The notes beneath the pieces are model-generated. The model did no database searches. It saw only the letters and a program-made list of their open reading frames with translations, and was not told the DNA's origin. A program made the translations under genes and the position numbers. Shown in pieces: positions 1 through 7,893 of a stretch of 32,374 bases of DNA (position 1 is its first letter; every line of letters starts with the position of its first letter). Source of the stretch: Nitrospirae bacterium GWC2_56_14 (GTDB lineage Bacteria; Nitrospirota; UBA9217); assembly GCA_001803705.1 (NCBI GenBank), contig MHDY01000247.1, forward strand, positions 1 through 32,374, given 5' to 3'.

Positions 1-5
1 GACCT

Positions 6-632
6 ATGGCATTATTCCCTAAATCCATCGATTTTTTCGAGATCTTCGACCGGGCGCTGGAAAACCTCTCGCGCTCGGCCAACGTCCTGGTCGACATCCT
101 GACCAACTACACCACCTTCGAGACCTTTGAAAAAAAGGCGAAGGCCATTTACGAGTTCGAGCAGGACGGCGACATGCTGACCCATGACATCATGAAGGAG
201 CTGAACAAAACCTTCCTGACCCCCATCGACCGGGAGGACATCCATGCCCTTGCCTCACGCATCGATGACGTGCTGGACCTGCTGTGGGCCGCCACGGACC
301 GCATGATGGTCTACCGGATCGACAAACCGACCTCGGAGGCCATCTCTATCGCCGAGGACCTGCAGATGACCGCCGAGATCCTGAAAAAGGCGCTCCGGGA
401 ACTGCGCGCCAAATCCTACGCCCATGTGCAGGAACACTGCATCGAGATCAACCGGCTGGAGAACCGGATCGACCGCAAGTACCGCGACGCCCTGGGCAAG
501 CTCCTCAACGGTCCCCACGATCCTGTCTATATCATCAAGTGGAAGGACATCTACGAACTGCTTGAGGACGCCTCGGACCGCTGCGAGGACATCGCCAACA
601 TTCTCGAAGGAATCGTCCTGAAACATGCCTGA
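6..632 (+). CDS. DUF47 / PhoU-like phosphate transport regulator (Pit accessory protein)
   Basis: 208 aa helical protein with E-x-x-G-D...TPIDREDI...LENRIDR...WKDIYELLEDASDRCEDIAN motifs typical of DUF47; overlaps the pit start by 8 bp. Confidence 0.92.
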   Translation: MALFPKSIDFFEIFDRALENLSRSANVLVDILTNYTTFETFEKKAKAIYEFEQDGDMLTHDIMKELNKTFLTPIDREDIHALASRIDDVLDLLWAATDRMMVYRIDKPTSEAISIAEDLQMTAEILKKALRELRAKSYAHVQEHCIEINRLENRIDRKYRDALGKLLNGPHDPVYIIKWKDIYELLEDASDRCEDIANILEGIVLKHA

Positions 633-1617
633 GATCCTCATCCTCATCATCGTCCTTGCGGTGCTGTTCGACATCGCCAACGGATGGCACGATTGCGCCA
701 ATGCCATTGCCACGGTGGTGTCGACCAAGGTCCTGTCGCCCGGGGCCGCGGTCGCCATCGCGGCGTTCATGAACATCCTCGGCGCCTTCCTGACCACGGC
801 GGTCGCCAAGACCATCGGCACGGGCATCGTGGACCCCGCGGGCATCACCGACCAGGTCATCATCGCTGCCCTGCTCTCGGCCATCATCTGGAACCTCATC
901 ACCATCCTCATGGGCCTGCCCGTCAGTTCGTCCCACGCCCTCGTCGGCGGGCTCATCGGAGCGGCGGCGGCGCACGGCGGCATAAGCATCCTGAACAGCG
1001 ACGGCATCATGAAGATCTTCACGTCGCTCCTGATCTCGCCCCTCTTCGGGTTCGTCATCGGCTACGCGTTCATGAAGCTGATCCTCTTTCTCTTCGGCCA
1101 TCTTTCCCCCGGCACCATCAGCAAGTACTTCGGCCGGCTCCAGATCGTGTCGTCCTCCTTTATGGCTTTCGGCCACGGCTCCAACGACGCGCAGAAGGCC
1201 ATGGGCATCATCACCATGGCGCTCTTCGCCTCGGGCAAGATCACGACGCTCGATGTGCCGACCTGGGTCGTCATCACCTGCGCGCTTGCCATGGGCTTCG
1301 GCACGATCTTCGGCGGGTGGAAGATCATCAAGACCCTCGGGGTCAAGATGCTGAAGCTCGAACCCATACACGGCTTTGCCGCCGAGACTTCGTCGGCCGG
1401 CATCATCATGGCTGCAAGTTATTTCGGCATGCCGGTCAGCACCACGCATGTCGTCTCGACCGCCATCCTCGGCGTGGGCGCGACAAAGCGCCTCTCTGCC
1501 GTGCGCTGGGGCATTGCCGGCAAGATCGTCATGGCCTGGCTGCTGACCCTGCCGTTCTGCATTGCCCTGGCGTGGGGCATCGAGAAAGCATTGACCGCCT
1601 ATCACATCGGCGGATAA
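625..1617 (+). CDS. pit: Inorganic phosphate transporter, PiT (PHO4) family
   Basis: NGWHDCANAIAT, GLPVSSSHALVGG, HGSNDAQKAMG and PVSTTH signatures; many TM segments. Confidence 0.95.
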   Translation: MPEILILIIVLAVLFDIANGWHDCANAIATVVSTKVLSPGAAVAIAAFMNILGAFLTTAVAKTIGTGIVDPAGITDQVIIAALLSAIIWNLITILMGLPVSSSHALVGGLIGAAAAHGGISILNSDGIMKIFTSLLISPLFGFVIGYAFMKLILFLFGHLSPGTISKYFGRLQIVSSSFMAFGHGSNDAQKAMGIITMALFASGKITTLDVPTWVVITCALAMGFGTIFGGWKIIKTLGVKMLKLEPIHGFAAETSSAGIIMAASYFGMPVSTTHVVSTAILGVGATKRLSAVRWGIAGKIVMAWLLTLPFCIALAWGIEKALTAYHIGG

Positions 1618-1774
1618 GGTCCGCCGCCCTGCCGCCGGAAAACGTCCTTCTGTCCTCCACACCATCCCTCGCACTCCTGACCCGCATTTCTCCTGTGAGG
1701 CGCCTCTGTGTGTTCAATAAGCAGGGGTGGCAGCAGTTTGTGGTCAACAAGGGAGATAAAACGGGATACAGCAT

Positions 1775-1919
1775 TGATAGACTCGTAAAAAGTCTCCAGT
1801 GCTGTCATTGCGAGGAGCGGAGCGACGCGGCAAACTCGACTTAACAGGCAGATACGAACTACGAGATTGCTTCGCTACGCTCGCAAAGACGGCTTTTTCG
1901 ACTTATTACGAATGCATCA
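1775..1919. repeat. Nested palindromic (REP/MITE-like) element between convergent genes
   Basis: Outer IR TGATAGACTCGTAAAAAGTC (1775-1794) / GACTTATTACGAATGCATCA (1900-1919), 16/20 match; inner IR GTCATTGCGAG..AGCGA..GGCAAACTC / GAGATTGCTTCGCTACGCTCGCAAAGAC. Confidence 0.75.
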
Positions 1920-1969
1920 GCACAGGCTGAAGGAACAACAGCAGAACGCATCACTGCTCAACGCGGGCG

Positions 1970-2602
1970 CTAGAACTTCATACTCAACTTCGATATTTTC
2001 CGGGTATCGATCCCCCGGTACTTCCCCGCCTTCAGCAGTCCAACAAGGTTCTCAGCGGTCACGGCATCGTCAAACTCCGTATAGCAGGCGCCGACCTCCT
2101 GCGGAGTATGGGCGTCAGAGCCCCCGGTAAAGGGGATCCCCAGCGCCGCGGCGGCTTCAATCGCCCGGGCGTTGAAGCCGTGCATGTTGCAGCCGTTATA
2201 GCCTTCCAGAGCGCAGATCCCGTCGACGCTCCTCACGAGATCGCCCAGACCGTTCACCGACCGGTAGGGATGGGAGGGGATCACGACGCCGCCCTTTCCC
2301 GTGACCACGCTGATAATGTCCCGGATCGGAGCGTATTTGAGCGACAGGCTGTCCGTATCCACGCCAAAGACCAGACAATGGCCTTCCTGCGCCGAGAACT
2401 CTACTCCGCGGAAGATCAGGATGCGGTCCCGGTACCGTTCGCGCAGCGGCTCGATCGGCTCAGAGGCGCCGTAATAATAATGCTCGGTAAACGCGATGCC
2501 CTGCAGGCCGAGTTCGATAGCCCTCAGTATCGTTTCCTCGGGCTCGGCATCGTTGTCTGTGCTGTATTTTGAATGAACATGCAGGTCGATTTTGTATTTC
2601 AT
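1970..2602 (-). CDS. PHP-domain metal-dependent phosphoesterase
   Basis: DLHVHS, FTEH, GVE, SHPY and GSDAH motifs; start moved to MKYKIDLH because the upstream ORF extension runs into a repeat. Confidence 0.9.
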   Translation of the reverse strand: MKYKIDLHVHSKYSTDNDAEPEETILRAIELGLQGIAFTEHYYYGASEPIEPLRERYRDRILIFRGVEFSAQEGHCLVFGVDTDSLSLKYAPIRDIISVVTGKGGVVIPSHPYRSVNGLGDLVRSVDGICALEGYNGCNMHGFNARAIEAAAALGIPFTGGSDAHTPQEVGACYTEFDDAVTAENLVGLLKAGKYRGIDTRKISKLSMKF

Positions 2603-2637
2603 GAATGCAGCATTACCTAACCCGGACAAGCGTGAAC

Positions 2638-2782
2638 CAAAAGGCGTCTCTCGCAAAGCGCGCAAAGAACGCCAAGAAAATCCTAAACCACGGCTTGCGT
2701 TTTGGTTTTAAACCGGAAAAGATTTTGACTCAAGGTTCCCTTTGCGTTCTTTGCGAGCTTTGCGAGACATATTCTTGCCGTT
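2638..2782 (+). repeat. ~145-bp dispersed palindromic element (9-mer CGCAAAGNN arms), copy 1
   Basis: Arms TCTCGCAAAGCGCGCAAAGAACGCCAAG / CTTTGCGTTCTTTGCGAGCTTTGCGAGA; the whole element recurs inverted at 25182-25326. Confidence 0.9.
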
Positions 2783-2834
2783 TTGAGTAGAAACTTCAGA
2801 TCCTTCACTTCGTTCAGGATGACGCCTTAAAGCG

Positions 2835-3554
2835 CTATTTCAAAAGCCTGTTGGTAACTCCCTTCGCTTCCTGCTCCCGGCCTTCGGCAACGCAACTCCC
2901 TCCGCAGGTACAGGCGAAACTTCCCGATTTCGCCTTCTCGAACGATTCTTTCCCCTCCCGGTAGCACAGGCCTCCGATGATCAGCGCACCGACCGAGTCA
3001 AGTCCGCCGATGCCGGTAAGCCGGTATCCCACGCTTGCGACCAGCAGCACCACCGAAAGCTGTAGACAGGCCCGCGTGCAGGCCGCGTCTGCCAGTATGG
3101 CCGGCGAGTTCAGCTTCGTCCCTACCGAAACCTTGGCGCGAATGAGCAGCCACATGGACAGGATGGAGATGACCGAGATGACGATGCCCCAGAAGGTGCT
3201 TTCCGGCCGGTGGCCGCCATAGAGATCGATGATCGCGGTGATTGCCAGCCCGGCGGTAAGGACGTAAAAAGCGCTTCCCGTGATCCTGAGCGCGGTCTTT
3301 TCGAACCGGTCCGGGTCCTCGGCCCCATGCCGCCTGATCCGGCGGATCATGTGCCAGATGCCGACGCCGGACACCACCTCGACAAAGGAGTCGAGACCGA
3401 ACCCGAAGAGCGACATGCTCTCATCTTCAATCCCGAAAAAGACCGAGACAAAACCTTCGGCGATGTTGTAGAAGATCGTGATAACGGCGAGCGTTGACGC
3501 CCACGCATACAGCTTGTTGTTTTTCTGCGCCGACCCCATCAAAAGCGTTGCCAT
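2835..3554 (-). CDS. Cation-efflux (CDF-like) membrane protein with Cys-rich C-terminus
   Basis: YNIAEG...SLFGFGLDSFVEVVSG...AILADA motifs, about 6 TMs, tail FACTCGGSC; ATG at 3554 after a purine-rich RBS. Confidence 0.8.
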   Translation of the reverse strand: MATLLMGSAQKNNKLYAWASTLAVITIFYNIAEGFVSVFFGIEDESMSLFGFGLDSFVEVVSGVGIWHMIRRIRRHGAEDPDRFEKTALRITGSAFYVLTAGLAITAIIDLYGGHRPESTFWGIVISVISILSMWLLIRAKVSVGTKLNSPAILADAACTRACLQLSVVLLVASVGYRLTGIGGLDSVGALIIGGLCYREGKESFEKAKSGSFACTCGGSCVAEGREQEAKGVTNRLLK

Positions 3555-3703
3555 ATTTTCCCTTCTGCTCAAGGCTCAGTACCTGCGTGGTTATAGCATG
3601 ATCGCAGTCTGTTTATCAATGCGAAAGAACCGGGTTGGCCGTGGATTTTTCAGGCGAGTCATCCGGCCGGAAAAACAGTATAAAGGGGGCCTAGGAAACA
3701 TCG

Positions 3704-3719
3704 CCACAATATGTTGTGG
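3704..3719. promoter_or_regulatory. NrdR-box-like palindrome (weaker partner at 3673-3688)
   Basis: CCACAATATGTTGTGG fits the consensus acaCwAtATaTwGtgt and resembles the boxes upstream of nrdJ. Confidence 0.55.
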
Positions 3720-3900
3720 CCTACTGCTGCCGCATAAAGATACCAATGTAAAATTAGAATTTTACGTTGATTTTATGTATGTTTCGTGATACCAACATTG
3801 TACATCGTCGACCAAAAGGGCCATGGTTCCCGGCTGGCTCTTCACATCCTGGTACGCTTTACCGTTTTATTCTCAGTTCAATTGCCCGGAGGGAGCAACC

Positions 3901-4176
3901 ATGCGTGAGATCGGTCTGGCATTACGGGAAGGAAGATTGGCCCGCGGTCTGGAGATCGGCGATATTGCAAGGAGCACCCGCATCAGCGCCCACTATCTCA
4001 AGGCCATGGAAGAAGGACGGTTCCAAACCATCCCGAACGTCTTCGACAAAGGCTATTTAAAGCTTTATGCCAAGGCCCTTGATCTGGACACCAAACCCCT
4101 GCTGGCCCTGTACGAACAGATAAAGAACAAGGCAGCAGCCCCCGTCAGCGCACCCGGAACCGGCGGCGTCAACTAA
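3901..4176 (+). CDS. Stand-alone RodZ-type (HTH_25) helix-turn-helix protein
   Basis: IGLALREGRLARGL...TRISAHYLKAMEEG...KGYLKLYAKALDLD resembles the RodZ N-terminal domain; RBS GAGGGAG before ATG 3901; no TM segment. Confidence 0.85.
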   Translation: MREIGLALREGRLARGLEIGDIARSTRISAHYLKAMEEGRFQTIPNVFDKGYLKLYAKALDLDTKPLLALYEQIKNKAAAPVSAPGTGGVN

Positions 4177-4247
4177 CAAAAAGCAGCAGCATGCCGACCA
4201 CAGGACCTTCGGCGCCCCGTATCTCGTTATGGCGGCTCCGTTGATTC

Positions 4248-5450
4248 CTAGTCGATCAGCTTGCCCGCCTCGCGTAGTCTCAGCGCCATCTCGCGCAGCA
4301 TATCCACCACGAACTCCGGATATTCATTCATCAGCAGGGCCACGTTCTCATTGTTGACGCTTACCAGCTCCACGTCGTCGGTCGCGATGGCCGTGGACAG
4401 CCGGGGTGACGCCAACAGGAACGATATCTCGCCAAAACATTTTCTTTGAGAGATCTCGACGACCGGCCCCTCGCGCTGGTGCAGTGCCACCGTTCCGCTC
4501 AGCACGGAGAACATCTCAACGCCGGGGTCGCCCTCGCGAAAGATGACGGTCCCTTTATCGAAATACCGCACATATTTTTCATATACCGCGGCAGGGACAT
4601 TCCGCTTCCCCTGCAGCAGTTTTTTTATGGACACGGTCTCGTGCTGGTGAAGGCCCGCAACGATCTCTGCGCCGAGCAGAAATACCACCAGGGAAGCGTA
4701 GATCCAGATGATGACCACAAAGAGCGACTTGAAGGAGCCGAAGGCGAAACCGTAGCCCGGATTGAAGGTCAGGAAGAGATGAAAGGCCGGCCGCATGGCG
4801 AACCAGATGAGCGCGGTGACGAGCGCACCGGCGAGAAGATAGCGGTAGCGCATCCGAGTGGAAAAGATGAAATAGAAGACAAAAACAACGGCAATGACCA
4901 GCAGGAACAGGACCACGGTCTCCATACTGCGGGGCAGCAGTCGAACCAGGTTCTCTTTCTCCAGCAGTTGGAACGCGATGCCGGCGACCATGACCGCCGC
5001 GAGCCCTACGAGGAAAACCATGCTGATAACGACGTCAAACAACTTTTCGAGCAGGAACGGCCTGCCCGTCCTCCGTCTGAAAACCTTTCCGAGCACGAAC
5101 CGCATGTCCGCCACAAAGGGCGTCATGGTCCAGAAAAGAACAACGGTGTTGACCAGTCCTACCGCCCCTTTATGGGCAGCGAGAAGACGCACTTCCTTCA
5201 CAATGTCCTGGCTGTAGGCGGGGAGCAAACGCATGAGCAGTTCCTGCGTTCGCGCCAGCGCCTGCGTTGAGGAGCCGACCGCCAGGCTGAGGAGATAGGT
5301 AAGGAGGAACAGCGTGGGAATGAGCGCCAGCATGGCCGAAAAAGCGAGCGACGAGGCAGCGGTCAGATCGTTATTCCGCCTGAACGACGACAGCGCTTCA
5401 ATGAACACCAGCCACTGCTTCTTTATTTGTTCTGCAGCCTTCTTTTTCAT
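4248..5450 (-). CDS. YihY/virulence factor BrkB family membrane protein fused to a C-terminal cNMP-binding domain
   Basis: AASSLAFSAMLALIP and FGSF..LFVVIIWIY..LLGAE (YihY); GTVIFREGD..MFSVLSG..FGEISFL..PRLSTA (cNMP); start could be 5486. Confidence 0.85.
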   Translation of the reverse strand: MKKKAAEQIKKQWLVFIEALSSFRRNNDLTAASSLAFSAMLALIPTLFLLTYLLSLAVGSSTQALARTQELLMRLLPAYSQDIVKEVRLLAAHKGAVGLVNTVVLFWTMTPFVADMRFVLGKVFRRRTGRPFLLEKLFDVVISMVFLVGLAAVMVAGIAFQLLEKENLVRLLPRSMETVVLFLLVIAVVFVFYFIFSTRMRYRYLLAGALVTALIWFAMRPAFHLFLTFNPGYGFAFGSFKSLFVVIIWIYASLVVFLLGAEIVAGLHQHETVSIKKLLQGKRNVPAAVYEKYVRYFDKGTVIFREGDPGVEMFSVLSGTVALHQREGPVVEISQRKCFGEISFLLASPRLSTAIATDDVELVSVNNENVALLMNEYPEFVVDMLREMALRLREAGKLID

Positions 5451-5506
5451 AATGAAGAGGATGGGACGTTCGAACATGCATGCCATGGGAGCCGCCAGCC
5501 TGAATG

Positions 5507-6259
5507 CTACGTGGCCCCCCGCGACCTTCCCAGGCCATGGTCAGCGATATCATGGGTCAGCTGCTCCCTGATGAAACGCCGCAGCACTGCCCGGTCAGCA
5601 TCCGCTAGCTGGACGAACTTCATGCCCATGCCGGGCTCCACCGAGGGCCCATCCCCCTGGTCGTTGATATACAGGACCAGGGCCTTCGCAATGATCTCCC
5701 GGTTATCGATGGTGATCCTGAGCGGCGTCACGGCGTTCCGGGGCTGCGGATAGCGCGTCGTGATGAACAACCCTCCTTCGGAAAGCGCTGTTGCATATTC
5801 TGTTCTGGCCGCCCCGCCTAGTACCGATCCATCCCCGACCATGACCTTAAGAGAGGTGCGCAGCCGTATGTTCGCGCGCGGCGCGGATTCTGAAGCGGCC
5901 TGTATGGTCCTATAGAGCAGGTCGGGCTCCACCGGCCTGAGGAGGTAGGCTGCGCAGCCCAGTTGCATGCAGGTATCCCTGATCCCGGGGTCGTCCTCCG
6001 CAGTGTGCATGATCACGGGCACGGCCCCGCAGTCCGGACGTTCCCTGATCTGCTTGAGCAGGGCGACACCGCTCATGGTCGGCAACGCCACATCGCTCAG
6101 AACGACCGAGGGAAGTGACTCGTCCATGAGGTGAAGCGCGTCTTCACCGGAGCGGGCCGTCACGACCCGGTATTCAAACCTCTTCAGGAGCAATCCGAGA
6201 AAGAACAGCATCGAACTGCTGCTGTCCACGACCATAACGGTGCGGACCTCTCTGTCCAT
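5507..6259 (-). CDS. Response regulator receiver + PilZ domain protein
   Basis: REC domain (VMVVD, VVLSDVALPTMSG, YLLRPV), then RANIR, ALSEGG and GMGMKF PilZ motifs. Confidence 0.85.
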   Translation of the reverse strand: MDREVRTVMVVDSSSSMLFFLGLLLKRFEYRVVTARSGEDALHLMDESLPSVVLSDVALPTMSGVALLKQIRERPDCGAVPVIMHTAEDDPGIRDTCMQLGCAAYLLRPVEPDLLYRTIQAASESAPRANIRLRTSLKVMVGDGSVLGGAARTEYATALSEGGLFITTRYPQPRNAVTPLRITIDNREIIAKALVLYINDQGDGPSVEPGMGMKFVQLADADRAVLRRFIREQLTHDIADHGLGRSRGAT

Positions 6260-6595
6260 GGCAATCTGTCCTTACCGATAGCATAAAATCGCACCGCAGG
6301 CATCCGGTCGCGAAGGAGTGCCTACAGCTTAACATGCCTGTATCTTTTGTCAAGCAAAGGGGCTGGCCTGCGGAAGGAACTGTTCCTGAAGGTGGGCTGG
6401 AGCGGGATTTTTCAGCGTTCAGAGCGCTGCGGCGAGCTGCAGCCTCTCGGTCAAGCAGGGGCAGGGAGTATGGAGCGCACGCGGAGAAACCGCTTGTGCA
6501 GTGCAACAGGAGAGGGTCCATTCCGCGAAGGACTCGCGTGAGGAAAGTACGCTGAATAATCCGGGCTGAACCAATGGGTGAACCGGCCCGCAGGA

Positions 6596-6811
6596 TCACC
6601 CCTCGATCTTGTATCCCAGTTTTTCGATGCTGTCCCTCGTGATATTCGAAAGGGTTTCCTCTTCGATCTCGGCTTCGTTGAACGTTACCGCGATCCTGCC
6701 GCTCTCCACCTCGATAGAGTCCACGCCATCCATGCCGCCGATGAACCGCCTGAGTGCCAGGGAGCACTCGCCGCAGAGATTTTTATCTACCGTAAAATGC
6801 GCTACCTTCAT
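6596..6811 (-). CDS. Heavy-metal-associated (HMA/CopZ-like) protein
   Basis: 71 aa with CGEC motif, GVDSIEV and IEKLGY; start set at MKVAHF. Confidence 0.8.
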   Translation of the reverse strand: MKVAHFTVDKNLCGECSLALRRFIGGMDGVDSIEVESGRIAVTFNEAEIEEETLSNITRDSIEKLGYKIEG

Positions 6812-6893
6812 GGACGCCGCCTTTCCTCCGTCGGCAGGCACAGCTGTATTGTCCCTCCGACCTGCCCGGTCTGCCGCGAAATACGCCACGGTT

Positions 6894-7292
6894 TTACCGA
6901 GCATCAACGTTGAACGTAGCATTGACCGGCGTCTTGCCCGGTTGCGTCACGGTCACGTCGACCTTCCACCCGCCCTCCATGGGGATATTGGCGGAAAAGG
7001 AATAACCGCTGCCCTTGAGAGCTGCCTGCGTGTTGAATTCCATGGGGGCCATGCCCGACATGGGGGGCATGTAATAGCGCACGTCGACCGTTGCATCGGT
7101 CACTGTTTTTTTGCTCTGATCGACTATCTGCACGGAAAGCGTATTGTCCCCTTTTACCAGGGGATACCGGTCGACCTTAAGCATGATCCCCACATCTCCC
7201 ACCTGCTTTTGCGATTCATACCCTTTTGTACATCCGGCCAGAACCGAGGCGGCGAGGACCACGACCATCATTACCAGGAATGTTTTTTTCAT
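6894..7292 (-). CDS. FixH/YtkA-like Met-rich lipoprotein
   Basis: Lipobox VLAG-C; YYMPPMSGMAPME and MEGGWKV; strong RBS AGGAGG. Confidence 0.8.
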   Translation of the reverse strand: MKKTFLVMMVVVLAASVLAGCTKGYESQKQVGDVGIMLKVDRYPLVKGDNTLSVQIVDQSKKTVTDATVDVRYYMPPMSGMAPMEFNTQAALKGSGYSFSANIPMEGGWKVDVTVTQPGKTPVNATFNVDAR

Positions 7293-7341
7293 TGTATTTC
7301 CTCCTTGAGGGTAGCAACTCTGTTTCTGTATTTATTATAAC

Positions 7342-7357
7342 AGCAATGCCCATGCCA
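7342..7357 (-). promoter_or_regulatory. Sigma54 (-24/-12) promoter for the lipoprotein/HMA pair
   Basis: Minus strand TGGCATGGGCATTGCT = TGGCAY-N5-TTGCW with correct GG-N10-GC spacing, about 50 bp upstream of ATG 7292. Confidence 0.75.
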
Positions 7358-7383
7358 GGAACAGAGCTGCTTTTACAACAACA

Positions 7384-7396
7384 AATCAAGGCGTTG
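7384..7396 (+). promoter_or_regulatory. IHF binding site
   Basis: AATCAAGGCGTTG is a perfect WATCAANNNNTTR match just upstream of the sigma54 promoter. Confidence 0.65.
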
Positions 7397-7532
7397 GCGC
7401 CCATAACAGCGCGCTTGTGAAGCTCCTGCTTCAGGAGGTGCAGGATTTCAGACACCCGCAACAGACCGATCAGCTTGGCATTCCAGGCTTGCTGCTTCGA
7501 AACACATTAAATTATTTCCATGAATTTTGCGC

Positions 7533-7563
7533 AAAAAAAATCAGCGCTGTATATGCGCTGATT
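7533..7563 (-). terminator. Intrinsic terminator of the tRNA operon
   Basis: Minus strand AATCAGCGC-ATATACA-GCGCTGATT followed by a T-run. Confidence 0.8.
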
Positions 7564-7577
7564 CTTGCGTGATAAAA

Positions 7578-7655
7578 TGGCGTCCCCAGCGGGATTCGAA
7601 CCCGCGTTATCGCCGTGAAAGGGCGGTGTCCTGGGCCAGGCTAGACGATGGGGAC
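7578..7655 (-). tRNA. tRNA-Glu (anticodon TTC)
   Basis: GTCCCCATCGTCTAG...CT-TTC-AC...GGTTCGAATCCC...GGGGACGCCA cloverleaf with encoded CCA. Confidence 0.97.
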
Positions 7656-7680
7656 ATGGTATTTCTGAAAATTGAAAAAC

Positions 7681-7756
7681 TGGTGAGCCGGCTGGGACTC
7701 GAACCCAGGACACCCGCCTTAAAAGGGCGGTGCTCTACCAACTGAGCTACCGGCCC
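7681..7756 (-). tRNA. tRNA-Lys (anticodon TTT)
   Basis: GGGCCGGTAGCTCAGTTGGTAGAGC...CT-TTT-AA...GGTTCGAGTCCC...CCGGCTCACCA, 76 nt. Confidence 0.97.
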
Positions 7757-7779
7757 ATCGACCTCGATGGAAGAGGCGT

Positions 7780-7809
7780 ATATTAGCAAAGAAAGCGGGT
7801 TGTTGTCAA
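7780..7809 (-). promoter_or_regulatory. Sigma70-type promoter of the tRNA operon
   Basis: TTGACA-N18-TAATAT with extended -10 TG. Confidence 0.65.
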
Positions 7810-7893
7810 CAAAAAACAAGACACAACCGGAAACACCGGTCAGGAAATCCGCAAGGCTGCATGCTCTCTGCGCGGCTTCGCGAGGGAGCCGCT

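Noticed and set aside
6419-6598. The HMA gene stop UGA is followed in frame by TCC TGC (U-S-C) and a weak hairpin, suggesting a second selenoprotein
   Set aside because: The HMA domain is already complete (LGYKIEG) with an intact CxxC, and the extension does not look protein-like; probably chance, though a homologue alignment would settle it
7216-7461. 81-aa ORF with CCC upstream of the lipoprotein gene
   Set aside because: Overlaps the sigma54 promoter, the IHF site and the lipoprotein start; no RBS
7293-7578. Possible island integrated at the tRNA-Glu 3' end
   Set aside because: No integrase, no duplicated tRNA 3' fragment seen, and the native terminator is intact
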